Below, piece by piece: positions 40,363 to 54,893 of a DNA stretch of 64,000 nt. Source of the stretch: Octopus sinensis (lineage: Eukaryota); assembly GCF_006345805.1 (NCBI RefSeq), contig NC_043007.1:55552001-55616000 (forward strand), read 5' to 3'. A model generated the notes under the pieces. It was not told the origin of the DNA. It ran no database searches and saw nothing but the letters and a program-made list of their open reading frames with translations. Positions within the stretch are counted from its first letter, which is position 1. Every line of letters starts with the position of its first letter. The position numbers and the translations under genes were made by a program.

Positions 40363-40763
40363 AAAAAAGATTCCTGCTCAGCAGCTGCCCTTTCAACAAC
40401 ACGTTGGTGGTTTGTGGTACGCACCACATCTGCGTACCTCCGTTTTGGGGCAGGTGATGCGTGGTCCATCCCATTTCCTTTCGGTGGTTGGTTTCTGTGG
40501 CAGGGTCCCGGATGTGCAAAGCGGCAGCCTGCACCTTCCTCTCCATGCCGGCAGGCACCTTTCAGGTAGAACCTACATACCCGTGTGCGCTGCTTGTTTC
40601 CATCCTTTTTGGCATATGGATAGATAGGTTTGCCTCTATCCCTGGCTGTCTTGCCCCTTGGCTTTGTCTGAGTTTTAGCTTCAGTTTTTCTACCTTTTTT
40701 GGTTTTTTCATCTCCATGTCCATGGCTTTTGGTGCTGGTAGGAGCATCCGCACCTGGGTTCAT
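40206..40763 (-). CDS. LINE ORF1 with CCCH zinc finger
   Basis: CRFYLKGACRHGEEGAGCRFAH = C-x7-C-x8-C-x3-H, after a K/R-rich region. Confidence 0.6.
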   Translation of the reverse strand: MNPGADAPTSTKSHGHGDEKTKKGRKTEAKTQTKPRGKTARDRGKPIYPYAKKDGNKQRTRVCRFYLKGACRHGEEGAGCRFAHPGPCHRNQPPKGNGMDHASPAPKRRYADVVRTTNHQRVVERAAAEQESFLCMAQKIVQQLTWLHQAQACRWNCPQFTRPPQQMDPGWTPPATAYTSPRCSY

Positions 40764-40810
40764 CTCCCGGCAGGCCTCTCACTGGAGTTTTCTCCTGGGC
40801 GTCTATAGAT

Positions 40811-41800
<990 letters not shown>

Positions 41801-42477
41801 ATTTGAAGTATTAATTTATAAAAATATGGTAAAGTAAAAAAATTCACTTTACCACACACCGAACTTTTCAGAAATAGCAGCCAAAATTTGGCTATTTCTT
41901 CAACTGCAAATAAAAGTCTCCAGACAATGCATACTCAGAAAATAACTCACATAGGTATAAGGGAAAAACAATGAAAGATCACATCCATATACGATACCCG
42001 AGGACAGTCTGTTTCTGGATTTGTGGGTAAACCGCCACTTTTCCTTCATCAGCTCAGAGATTTCTTCTGATTTAGATTTGAAAATACTAAGAATCAAACA
42101 TACCCGTCCGATATCTGTAACATCGGACAAACCATGCCAGACACCCAGTACTAGCGAATCCAAAAATACGAATGAGATCTATTATTCTCCCTGTTCACCC
42201 ACGTGAGTCATAGAGCATTACATTTCTACAGAGGTAAAAACTGCAGTTCAAATTCTTGGAGAGAAAGCGTTATATTGTTATCAAAAAAGGGGTAGAATTA
42301 ATTAATTGTTAATGAATTCGACCAAGCAGTATTCGGTATGTAAAGACCATTTACGGTATATTTGAAGTATTAATTTATAAAAATATGGTAAAGTAAAAAA
42401 ATTCACTTTACCACACACCGAACTTTTCAGAAATAGCAGCCAAAAATTTGGCTATTTCTTCAACTGCAAATAAAAGT
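41801..42477 (-). mobile_element. Locus C: 1.2 copies of a ~559 bp HHR monomer
   Basis: 41801-41917 repeats at 42360-42477; shares motifs with A/B/D; (TA)n on both sides. Confidence 0.88.
41997..42058 (-). ncRNA. Hammerhead ribozyme C
   Basis: tctgag-CTGATGA-a gga aaa gtgg..ccac aaa tcc a-GAA-ACAGACTGT-C|ctcggg. Confidence 0.8.
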
Positions 42478-42653
<176 letters not shown>

Positions 42654-42675
42654 ATCTATATATATATATTATATA

Positions 42676-42790
<115 letters not shown>

Positions 42791-43551
42791 ATATTAGTGT
42801 AGCAAAAAATTCAATAGATATTATTTTGCCACCAGCGGTCTAGTGAGAAAAAGGAAATAGTCAGAGACTATTAATAAGTTCAGCAACAAATTGAGGAACG
42901 GCCATAATAGGCCGTTCGACCTACTAGAAGAAGCAGCCAGGTCTTCAACCGCAAATAGTAGTAATTCCGGAAACAGAGGAAAAATTAAAAAACATTTACC
43001 CTGTTCATCTTTAGACAATGCATTGTTTCAGCGTTTTTTAAAGGTAAACCAGCCTGATTAAATTAAATCAAGTCAATCTTCCAAAGACCAACGCAATTCA
43101 TCAGTAAAGGAGCCAGGAGGGATAGAAATTACACGAGGCAGCTACCTTAATGCCTCGGCAATATCTGACCTAAAATTTTCAAAATGATCGTACTCGCGCC
43201 AATTTGTCGGCAGCAAATATAAGCTGCCGATTCCATTTCGGAATTAATCATAAAATTATCAATAAATCAATATTAGGGTAGCAAAAAATTCAATAGAGCT
43301 AACTGCTCTATTCCAACGAAGCACATGGAGAAGTTTACAAATCATATATCCGGTAAATGGCGGGCTTCTTCGAATTGCATTTCGGGTAGGAAAAGTTTTT
43401 TCGGAATAAATTTAACAATTAAGGATAACTTCTTAATAAGGAATCTTAACAAGAAATAATCAGGTAGATAGCGTGAAAAACCTCATAAGAAAAAAATTTC
43501 GAAAATAATCGACTTTGACGGTACTGGTCGTTTATTTATATGTTCAGAATC

Positions 43552-43616
43552 AGTCTTACTGATGAGCATGGTCGCAAATTCTGCGGTAAGTGCGAAATCA
43601 CAGGTGATATAAGACT
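43552..43616 (+). ncRNA. Type I hammerhead ribozyme E1
   Basis: agtctta-CTGATGA-gca..cgca aattc tgcg..tgc-GAA-ATCACAGGTGAT-A|taagact; perfect 7-bp helix I. Confidence 0.88.
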
Positions 43617-44029
43617 AAATTCATTTTTTAAATGTCTTGCTTTGAAAAATTGCATTGGGTATGATTAGTAAATTTTTTTGGTAGAAATGACTGATGTCCC
43701 TCTTAGCGTGAGGCATTTATGTGTAATAATGCCCTCTATATATAAATTAATATGTTCAATAAGAAAGAATTATTTTCGAAATTTTTTTCTTATGAGGTTT
43801 TTCACGCTATCTACCTGATAATTTCTTGTTAAGATTCCTTATTAAGAAGTTATCCTTAATTGTTAAATTTATTCCGAAAAAACTTTTCTCACCCGAAATG
43901 CAATTCGAAGAAGCCCGCCATTTACCGGATATATGATTTGTAAACTTCTCCATGTGCTTCGTTGGAATAGAGCAGTTAGCTGTTCGACTTTGACGGTACT
44001 GGTCGTTTATTTATGATATGTTCAGAATC

Positions 44030-44097
44030 AGTCTTACTGATGAGCATGGTCGCAAATTCTTCTGCGGTAAGTGAGAAATCACAGGTGATATAAGACT
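44030..44097 (+). ncRNA. Hammerhead E2 (C11.1>A, probably impaired)
   Basis: Duplicate of E1 with tga-GAAA instead of tgc-GAAA. Confidence 0.7.
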
Positions 44098-44222
44098 AAA
44101 TTCATTTTTTAAATGTCTTGTTTTGAAAAATTGCATTGGGTATGATTAGTAAAATTTTTTGGTAGAAATGACTGATGTCCCTCTTAGCGTGATGCATTTA
44201 TGTGTAATAATGCCCTCTATAT

Positions 44223-44278
<56 letters not shown>

Positions 44279-44279
<1 letters not shown>

Positions 44280-45035
44280 CTAGCAGAATTGCCCGGCGTT
44301 GCTCGGGGCTGAATTGCTTGAAAGTACTGTTAATGATTGCACTGAATTATGATGATTATTCAGGCAAATATTGATATAAGTTTACGGTGGGAGATAAGGA
44401 CTTAACGATCAAACGTGTGCCATTGCATTGTTTTGGGGGAACCAAATATCTGATGAGCATTATAGGGGCACCAACTTTAAGTTTGAGAAAGTGTGGTGGT
44501 AGTCCGGGGTGCTCAAAGGAATTGAGTACCTCTATTGGATAGTTGATGACGTCCTCTGGGTCAGGAGTTGTATCGATAGACTGATATACATAGACTTCCC
44601 CAGGAATGAGTTTTAGCATTTCATCATTAATATGGTGAACAGTTTTATTCCTCGGGGCCAGAAGAGCCCTTTGGCCAATCCAATCCATATTCTGATAATT
44701 AGCTTGTAGATCTTGGAACACTGCATCTCTGAGATCAGAAGGCGTCTTAACAAAGGTACAAATGGAATCGATGGCAATATTACCAGTTTCATCCCCTGGT
44801 ATTTTGCCTTCGCCAAGTGCAAGGAGGGTGTGAGGAAATGCTGCTGATGTGATATTACGTTGCATATGAGCACGCATATTGGTGTGAAGTTTGAGAGTTA
44901 CTTCCCTTTATTAAAAAAAATATGCATTAAAATGGAAAAAAATGATGGTAAATTATTTGTAAAATCGTAGACTCACCGTAGACGCGCGCTAATACCCAGA
45001 AGGGCTCGATATGAATCACGACTATAAGATACCCG
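44279..45035 (-). mobile_element. Helitron fragment (Pif1 helicase remnant plus 3' hairpin-CTAG end)
   Basis: LAPRNKTVHHIN..GLPPHFLKLKVGAPIMLIR..CNGTRL; minus strand ends cccgagcaacgccggg..CTAGT at 44279. Confidence 0.88.
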
Positions 45036-45889
45036 GTCCAATCGGATAAAACCAGGAACACATATAAGCTAGCAAAGAACCAGTATTTAGAAATGCTCAA
45101 AGAATTACAGAAATACATAAGAATTACAGAACAACAAATAGGAATACACTCAGACAAGCCAACTTAGAAATTAAGAAAATCATGGAAACGTATGGATTAC
45201 AAATGAAAACACAGCCGCTGAACCCCAGACAACCAAGATTCATCGTTAAGGACCATAAACTAAACTTTCATACCAACCCGGCATTAAGGCTCATATGCCC
45301 CTCTAGTTCCGATATCGGTACCCTTAGTAAGTACATCTTAGATAAATACATACCTATATTAATCAATAAGTTAAAACTCAGCCTATGGTCTAACTCCACT
45401 CAAGTCGTAGAGTGGTTTACTTCTATTACTAATAAGGACAACACAAAATTCATTCAATTCGATATATCTAGTTTCTACCCTTCGATCAACCCTAGTGTAC
45501 TCAATAAGGCCCTATGGCACGCACATAATAAGGCAGGCCTCTCCAGGGAGGAAATTAATGTAATTTTAGCGGCTAGAAAATCTTTCATACAGTTCGATGA
45601 TAAGTTATGAGTCCGCAGGGATACCCCCAACGCGTTCGAAGTGCTAATGGGAAGTACAGATAGCGCCCAGATAGCCGATTTGGTCGGAATCTATATTCTC
45701 TATGAATTGGCCGACCAATTCCCGGACATCTGCGGCGGTCTGTATCGAGACGATTGTCTACTTTACCTACAGAATGCTCCGAACAATATGATACAGAAGA
45801 CTAAAAGCAGATTAGCTAGATTTTTTGGCAGAATGGGCTTCAGCATAGTTTTCGACGGCCCATTCTAAACCAATATATACTTCTCAGGA

Positions 45890-47063
45890 TAAGAAAACTA
45901 ATAACAATAGAAATAATGTAAATAATGATTTCAGCTCTAACAACGTCGACACCACTGTACTTAACAAAAATAATTTACGGACCAGGGGAGGCAATCGGCA
46001 ACCAACACCAATTCTCCAGCACAGAAATACTCCCTTTAATGTAAATGGTAACACTCTGAACTATTCTAAATCCACAAAAAACTATATCTGGTTTGTCATA
46101 CCTTTCGGGAAACAAATCAGGTCAAACCTCCCTTTACAGTTCCGTGAAGCCGTAGCTAGGAACTTTCCCAGGAATTCTAGGTATTACTCTACTATCAATT
46201 CGCATAAGGTAAGGATTGCATTCTCCAACACTAGAAATCTATCGCAGATCATTGCCTCCCATAATAACAAGCTGCTAAATAAGGATTCATCACCTGGGAG
46301 TTACGACACTGCCCTTACCAATTCCAACCAAACTTACAATAATAATAATAATAGAAATAGTATTGATAATAACAACATTCATAGCAGCGTTGGCATTAAC
46401 AATAGTAATATTATTAATAATAATATTAGTCGGATTATTAACAGTGGTTGTGTTAGTGGTATTAACGACAGCATTTCTAATAACAGTGGTAGTATTGATG
46501 ATAACAACCCCAACATTCCTATAGTCAGGGAAATTGCCGACGATAGTACAATTAATAGTAATGATAATAATAGGAATAGTATTGTGGTCAATGCTAGCAA
46601 TATTATTAACAGCAATCATAACAATAAAAACTCCGTCTTAGTCTCGGAGGTAAACCCTAACAGGTTAAAGTTCATATCCAGCAATTCCAAAATTAGAAAT
46701 TCCATTTACCAGTGTAAAATTTCTTCCGGTACCGATGTCTTCTTCTACATTGGGGCAACTACTTCTAAATTAGCCCAGAGGATCTCCAATCATTATTCAA
46801 CTTTCCGAGATAAAAGAAAACAACAAAGCACAGGACTAAGTAAATTAGTTTGGCGTCTTAAGGACAGCAATACAACTTTCAAGCTAGAATGGTCCATATT
46901 GTCTGTATCCTTTCCGTTTGATAAGGGCAGAAAATTTTGTGGCGTCTGTAATTCTGAACTTTTCCATATATTGTTCGCCAAATTCCCTTTAATAAATACA
47001 ATGGTCGAAAAATCCTACAGGTGCATGCACTGGCAGAAACACACCTTTCACTCATATGAATGA
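45890..47063 (+). pseudogene. Open frame: PLE C-terminal region, Asn-rich linker and GIY-YIG
   Basis: Manual translation has no stop from ~45890 to 47063; the ORF track starts at 46584 only because no start codon lies upstream. Confidence 0.75.
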
Positions 47064-47623
47064 TGATTAATATAGATAACCTCCTTGAATTTTAATAATT
47101 TGGTTCCATTTATACATCACCCCATAGTCAAATTTTTATACTCATAAAGGACTACTACCCAATTCATTGAGGTATGTTTTACCTTTGTCTCTCTACCTCG
47201 CCTCCTCTCTCTTTCCCCCTCTCTATCGTAAGCACAATCAAACACACAGACACAAACCTGTCACTTCACCACTGTTTGTTTTTGGCATCTACCCAACCGC
47301 ACACACAATCACGCACACACATACACACACATAGACATGAATGCAGTTATATACATACACACACATAGGCACTCAATCACAAAAGAAAACAACAACAAAT
47401 CACCATTCATATGACTTGCACCCTGTCACCTTCCTATTCTTAGACCTCTCTCCTCCAACCTTGTTTGAACCCTTGAACCTTCTAGAATCTTCTACATTCA
47501 ACCATTTTTGACGTCACTGCTTATAACGGAATATTTTAAAGAAACACTCATTATCGCTATGGGCACCGTGTGGGCAGTCATCTAAAAGTTTTTGTTCATC
47601 TTGATGCTGACACAAGTTCCTTG

Positions 47624-47708
47624 TTTTTCCTGATGAGAAGGCAGCATAATGCAACCCTTATTCCTTCGAAATTAGGAATATGCAACCTTCGAAACATATG
47701 TCGAGAAT
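47624..47708 (+). ncRNA. Type I hammerhead ribozyme in Naiad pLTR
   Basis: tttttc-CTGATGA-gaagg...ccttc-GAA-ACATATGT-C|gagaat. Confidence 0.85.
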
Positions 47709-47903
47709 AAAGGAATTTTGTTAATTCGTCGTTCAACTCCATTCTTTCATTTATTTGTATTAAAAAAAAACACAAATTTCCACACGAAAACACGTGATCT
47801 GTGCCCTTGGCATGTAGCTTCAACCGTGTTTTTCTGACGTGAATTTGCTACCCAGGTATCGGTTAACCGAATTATCCATAATAAGATAATTCATTCAACT
47901 ACT

Positions 47904-47969
<66 letters not shown>

Positions 47970-48549
47970 TTATCTATAACTCCTATGTATCTGTATCCGT
48001 CCGTCTGTCTGTCTGTCTATCTATCTACCTATTTCTATATTCGTAATATCATTACCTTCACAATACCAACTACGGCTTGTTACTACGAAATGAAATGAGA
48101 ACGCAATGTAGTAATAAACCAATGTCAACATGAAACACATACAAATATGTGATTAAAAAAAACTGGGAACAAAGCAAAATTACATAAAAAAGAACAAAAT
48201 TAAGGACAAAATACAAACAAACCAACATAGTTTTTGTCATGAACTGAGATTGAAATTGATGTCTGTATCCAAGACTTATTGATTAATTCTGGAGCCAATA
48301 TTGGCAACAACATTACAAAACAAAAAGAAAAGAGAGAACATTGAATGAAAGAAGAAACAAAATCCCTTAGCTTAAACATCTTTCTTTGTCCCCTCAAACT
48401 TTGGAAATTCTGTTTGAAAGAACGATCTCAGGCTGGTGTACTTACGTATGTATGTATGTATGTATGTATGTATGTATGTATGTATGTATGTATGTACGTA
48501 CGTACGTATGTATGTATGTATGTATGTATGCATGTATGTATGCATGCTA

Positions 48550-48600
<51 letters not shown>

Positions 48601-48627
48601 CACGCACATTCATACATATATACATGC

Positions 48628-48700
<73 letters not shown>

Positions 48701-49500
48701 CCTTCGTAAGCACACATCGATACCCATAATCACATAGAATAGTGTCTGTTCGATTTATATACATACGCACACAAACTTAGATGTACACACGTATACATCA
48801 AGTGAGTGTGTGAGTATATGGTTCGTTTCAACTTTGTCTTCGATACAATAGAAGTGCCAATGACAACGGTGAAGACATCAAAACTGTTTATGAAGGAATT
48901 CAGACAATGGTTCTTAAGGATTAAAAGAAGTCAGCATCAACGGTGCTAAATTAACTTTTGCCCCAAATAATCAATGCTTTGCTATTGAACACCGATGACT
49001 TCGATTTGATGGTGAAAGAGAGCTACAGGATATTCATCGATCACGTGGACATCCCTTTGTGTCTTTTTTTCTTTCTGTCTTATTTACTCCGGTTCTATCT
49101 GTCTCTTGCTTTGTCTGCCTAGTTTTATTTCTATAGTATTCTAGTATCTTTCTGTCTCACTGTATTTTCATGGGTTTCGTTATCTACATCTGCCTTTCTT
49201 TTCCTTGCTCTACCCTACCTCTTCCCTTTCTCTATCAATTTCGATTTGTTAGACTCAGTCTTCTCTCTGAATTTTCTTGTTTATTACTTTACCTCTACGA
49301 TTATTTACTTAGACTTTGATTCTATTAGTTGCTCTATCCAGTGAAACTGTGGTCATGCAGGTGTATATTTTTTCACTAGCTCCCTGATTATCTGCCATTT
49401 TAGTCTTTCTTTCTTCATATTTTCAAGTTCTGCCTACAACTCTCTAAATCCCCTTATCTCGCTATTTTTATGCCTGTATTTCCCTGCCTTTCTATCTGAG

Positions 49501-49532
<32 letters not shown>

Positions 49533-51027
49533 TGTATGTATGTATGTATGTATGTATGTTTGTATGTATGTATGTATGTATCTATGTGTGAGCGAGCGAG
49601 CGAGAGAGAGAGAGAGAGAGAGAAAGAAAGAAAGAGAGAGAGAAATAGAGTGTGTGTATGTTTCAACGTTTTAGGTATTTTTTGCGTTTCCCCTTGATTT
49701 TGTTTCTATCTAGCGTCACTCTATCTCACTGTCTTTACATTTATTCACGCTCTCAATGTATTTTCCCTCTCCAACCAGTGTATCTGCAATTTCCAGTGAG
49801 TTATTACTCTGCCTTTATCACTGGTTTATGTGTTTCTATTCATTTCTTTCTCGCAGTACAAACTTCCATATTGGTTTTCCTCTTTATCCTCGACCATGTT
49901 ACTCAGTGGCTACATCTTACTATCGAATCATCTCTTCATCTCTGTCACTTCCTAACTTCTTGTTTAACAACACTATATATCTCTGTCAACCTCAGAATAT
50001 ATCTCATCTTAACCTTTTTTTTTTACGTTGTCTCTCTGATTCTTCTGTAGTTCAGTTAGAGAAAAGAGACGGAAAAGACATGCAGCAGCAAGGCCTAAAT
50101 TCAAATACCACGTTACGTTTTAGTTATTTTGGGACATACGTCTATTTAGTATGGACACATTTTTGTGTTTCTCACTCTCTGCCGTTCACTTCATTATTAC
50201 GACAGATTTCATGTATCCATGCGACTGTGTCTATTATTTATGTTGGGCATACATGAGTGTATGTGCGTGTGTGCATATTATACATACACACATTTATATA
50301 TATATGTGTGTGTGTGTGTGTATTATATATATAATATACCACCATACACATTTACATACACTCAACATATATAGATGTGTGTGAATGTGTGTTTGTATGT
50401 GTGTGTGTGCATACACCTTAGTAGATGTATAGACACGTGTCTGTGTAATAGTGTTGCAGTTATACATTTATAAACATGTTCTCATTTGTACATCGTTATA
50501 ACCCATTTACACAAGCTCACTGGTTAGTTTACTATTTGTATGTCTGCCTGGATGGCGGATGTCTATCTGTCTGTCTGCCTAAATATCTAGCATATTATTT
50601 ATCGATCTAATTTGCAGTATTTGTCTTGTTTATCTATCTATTTATATATAAATAACTACGTGTGTATCTGTGAGTGTGTGTGCATGAATGTGTGTGTGTG
50701 TGTGATATATGTGAGTGTGAGTATGTGTGTGTGTTTGTGAATGTATAGAATAGATGGATTGAACAAATAATTTGGACGACTGTAGTTGCTCTCTCTATTT
50801 TCATCTCAGACTTTTATTTCGTTTGCTTCTAATTCTCCCGGGCAATCGACTTTGGCTTTCTCTTTGTCTGTCTCGGATTCCCTCTCTGTCGCTTTTCTAT
50901 CCCTCTCTTACACACACACACACACACACACATGTATATATATACACAATTGGAGCGTCGAAGATGTTTATAAGCCATTTAAGAACACACAAAACCGTTA
51001 GGTTTACTTCAGCATTTATATTTGATT

Positions 51028-51077
51028 TCTGTCAAAATATTTTCGTAATTTTGAAACCGCGACCTGTTCACTGACAA
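51028..51077 (-). ncRNA. Possible variant hammerhead with swapped G3-C8 core pair
   Basis: ttgtca-GTGAACA-g-gt..ac-GAA-AATATT-T|tgacag; helix II degraded. Confidence 0.35.
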
Positions 51078-51582
51078 AACTTCGTGCTGCATCTGAGAAA
51101 GTAACAGTTAGTTCATGATATAAATGTGCTTATGTATGTATGTATGTATGTATGTATGTATGTATGTATGTATGTATGTATGTATGTATGTATGTGTGTG
51201 TGTATGTGTGCATGCATGCATTATATAGTCATATTCTTTTAACAAAACAGATTGCATAGAATTGCTCAAGTCGGACATGAGACGTTAGACAGGTATAATA
51301 AATGAAATGGAAACAGTTCAAGAAAGGCAAACTACAATGAACACGTGTACGGATTTAATTAATTCATTTAATATATATAAATGTATGTGTATTTTTTCAA
51401 TGTTTACAAATAAAACGGAAAAATAAATAAATAGTTACCAGGGAAGCAAAAGTTCACACAAGTACCATGGATGTAACAGCCTACTTATAAAGGTAGAAAT
51501 TCCAGGTTATAGTGAAATGTGTTTGTATCACATAGATAAATAAATTAATGGAGTTAAACGCAGGTGTTATTCAAATCTTTTT

Positions 51583-51673
51583 ACTTCCGACATAGGTTTC
51601 AAAGAAAACATTGGTATTATTCCAGAAGGAATAAAATGATGTAAAAACAAATCAATCTCCTCATCAGGGAAAG
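51583..51673 (-). ncRNA. Hammerhead ribozyme (inverted pLTR copy)
   Basis: ctttcc-CTGATGA-ggaga..tcttt-GAA-ACCTATGT-C|ggaagt. Confidence 0.7.
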
Positions 51674-54600
51674 AAAGAAACCAAACACATCAGTAAGACA
51701 TTTTAAAAGAATGTGATGACTGCGTATATGATGAAGTGAATGCTAGCAATTTTTAAAAAAAAAACACCGTTAATAGATATAACGTCAAAGAGGAGGAGAA
51801 AGGAATTAGCAGAAAACTAATAGCGGAGAGCTATGGAGCGATAAGTGACTAGGAATAAAGCTTAAAGGCTTGGAAGTAGATATATTTAGTGGAAGGGAAA
51901 TGTAAGAAGACAGTTAAAAGTCGAATTTTATAGAATGGTAGAAATCACTTATAGGAACTAAAGGTATGTTTTTGCCAATGTTTGCAACGATAAACGCGTT
52001 CTTTAAACGTGTTTATAAGAGGATAACCTGCTAATAACATAGTTACCACATATGGAGTATATTTGATATAAACGCATCTCTTAAGGATATACCTATTCCT
52101 CAAGGAAGGTTTTTCTTAAGCAACTCATTAGTAAGAAAAACTCCTTTATTAACCGTATTAGATGGCTTGCCTTTTTCTTCGACAATGAAGACATTAAACG
52201 GCCCTCTAACGATCTAACTTCTGAATTTTAACAGATTGAAACAGTTTGAAGACGATCTTCGGTCTATCGTGAAGAATGTGAAATTCCACCATTCAACCTT
52301 CAGAAATAAACATCTGAGGTATCTTCACAATATCACCAAAGAAATTCATAACATGGATGGGATACTGGTTCAATCGGATAAAACAGGAAACCTATACAGA
52401 CTAGAATCGCTTAGAAAAGAAATTCAAAAGAATTATAGGATTACCGCTAAAAATGCAATCAGATAAAACAACCTTGGGGCTAAGAGAATTAAGGAGAAAT
52501 ATGACATACAGATGAAGACAGAATCCCCTGATCCCAAACAACCTTTTTTTAATAGTCCCACCTTACGACTTATTTTTCCTTCTGGCTCTGATGTCGATGT
52601 ACTTAGCAAAAATATTCTAGATAAATATATTCCTACCTTAGTTAGAAAAATTAAAGCTTAATTTATGGTCTAATTCGTTCCAAGTGGTCGATTGGTTTAA
52701 TTCCATTAATAACAAGAAATGCACTAAGTTTATCCAGTTTGATATTTCTAGTTTCTATTCCTCTATGAACCCAATCGTACTCAACAAGGCACTCTGGCTC
52801 GCACACAACAAAGCAGGTCTCACCAGAGATGAAATTAATGTCGTGTTAGCCACCTGAAAATCTATTATTAAATTTGATAACAAGCTTTGGGTCCGACAGT
52901 TTTCATGCCACGATGGGAAGTTCTGATTCAGCACAAATCACAAATATATATCCTTTATGAGATGGCCGACCAATTCCCAAACATCAATGGAGGTCTATAT
53001 CGTGATAACTGTCTACTCTAGAGGGCCGTTTAATGTCTTCATTGTCGAAGAAAAAGGCAAGCCATCTAATACGGTTAATAAAGGAGTTTTTCTTACTAAT
53101 GAGTTGCTTAAGAAAAACCTTCCTTGAGGAATAGGTATATCCTTAAGAGATGCGTTTATATCAAATATACTCAATATGCGGTAACTATGTTATTAGCAGG
53201 TTATCCTCTTATAAACACGTTTAAAGAACGCGTTTATCGTTGCAAACATTGGCAAAAACATACCTTTAGTTCCTATAAGTGATTTCTACCATTCTATAAA
53301 ATTCGACTTTTAACTGTCTTCTTACATTTCCCTTAAATATATCTACTTCCAAGCCTTTAAGCTTTATTCCTAGTCACTTATCGCTCCATAGCTCTCCGCT
53401 ATTAGTAGATAGATAACTGTCTATCTTCAAAATGCTTCTAACCAAAAATTACAAAGGGTTTAGAATAGCTTGGTTAAATTTTTCCGAAACATGAGCTTAA
53501 GCATTGTTTTTGACGATGATATAACTAAAGCCAACTTTTTGGATATTACCCTTAACTTACATAATGATTCATATTTCCCATACTATAAACCCTCAACTAA
53601 TTTAAAATATATTAGCTCTTTCACTCTAAGGCTATTACAAAGAATTTAGTTAGGAATATTTCACTTAGACATTCTAGATTATCTGCTAATATTGATATCT
53701 TCAACAATAAAGCTGAATTTTACAACTGTGCCTTAGTTATCCTAATAACAGGGTATGTCCTAGCAAAACCATTTGATTGATAATTCCATACAAGTTTCAC
53801 GAAGCTATAGAAAGGAATTGCCCCAAAGATTCACGCTGCTATTCGGTTATTAATTCACACCGAATCAGGATAGGGTTTTCTAATACTAAAAATCTTTCAC
53901 AAATCATCTTTTCGCATAATAATAAGTTGTTAAATGCAAATCCACTTAATAAAAATAGTAACATTGATATTATTAACACTAACCATTCTTTACATAATAA
54001 TAATAGCGGTGTCAGTATTTCTGATGTGGATTCCAATCGCATTCGTTTCCTTAGCAGTAATTCTAAGACTATAAACTATGTTTATCAATGTAAAATTACT
54101 TTCGGTTCCGCCGTCTTTTTTATATATGTAGTGGAGAGAATATAAGTGAATAGGAATAAAGCTTAAAGGCTTGAAAATAGATATATTTAGTGGAATTGGA
54201 ATGTAAGAAGAGTGTTAAAGGTCAAATTTTATAGAATGGTAGAAACCATTTATAAGAACTAAAGATATGTTTTTGCCAATGTTTGCAACGATAAACGCGT
54301 TCTTTAAACGTGTTTACAAGAGGATTCTCTGAGTTCAGGATGAAATATATTTCATCGTTACAAAGCGGACAGAAATATTTACCTTTATCATACGGAAATG
54401 ATTTAGACAGAATACTCCATTCTAAATGAAATTGTTTATTACAATCCTTTAGATACCCTATTAATTTATTAAGCTCAGTATTGCTTCGTTTAATGATATG
54501 TCTAAATGTTGAGTAATGATTAGAAATTCTTTTGAACAACTGAGATGAAGAACTACAATGTACATGAGTTAAATTAAAGACAGTAATAATCGAGTGAAGA

Positions 54601-54803
54601 ACGAATGTACACTATGTCTCTCCACTATTAGTTTTCTGCTAATTTCCTTCTTTCTCCTCCTCTTTCTATAAACTGCCTTAGACATTATATCAATTAACGG
54701 TTTTTTAAAAAAAAACTTGCTACTGTTCCCTTCATCATATACGCAGTCATCAAATTCTGTTAATGTTTTACTAATGTGTCTTACTAATGTGCTTGGTTTC
54801 GTT

Positions 54804-54893
54804 CTTTCCCTGATGAGAAAATTGCATTGTTTTACATCATTTTATTCTTTCATGAATAATACCAATATTTTCTTCGAAACATGTGTCGGAAGT
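54804..54893 (+). ncRNA. Hammerhead ribozyme (3' pLTR copy)
   Basis: ctttcc-CTGATGA-gaa...ttc-GAA-ACATGTGT-C|ggaagt. Confidence 0.78.

Larger units (their letters stand above)
37170..40810 (-). mobile_element. CR1/L2-group (Jockey superfamily) LINE, near intact
   Basis: ORF1 remnant, APE endonuclease (LLNIRGL..ETHL..GDFN), RT (YLDFAKAFD..GVPQG..YADD) and C-terminus; 3' stem-loop tail; flanked by (TA)n. Confidence 0.92.
45040..47770 (+). mobile_element. Naiad-like Penelope element (decayed RT, GIY-YIG, pLTR with HHR)
   Basis: KDHKLNF..RLICP..FDISSFYPSI..MGS.D.A..GLYRDD; IWF motif; YIGAT..W.ILS..CGVC..CMH. Confidence 0.9.

Noticed and set aside
43095-43106. CTGATGA on the minus strand (also CTGAAGA near 5050 and CTGACGA at 5983)
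   Set aside because: No correctly placed helix II-GAAA-NUH or helix I closure.
45608-45610. In-frame TGA in Naiad RT as selenocysteine (some Naiads are reported to encode selenoproteins)
   Set aside because: The sibling copy has TGG (KLWVR, ~52885), so this is a Trp nonsense mutation; Cys positions are intact and the copy has other lesions.
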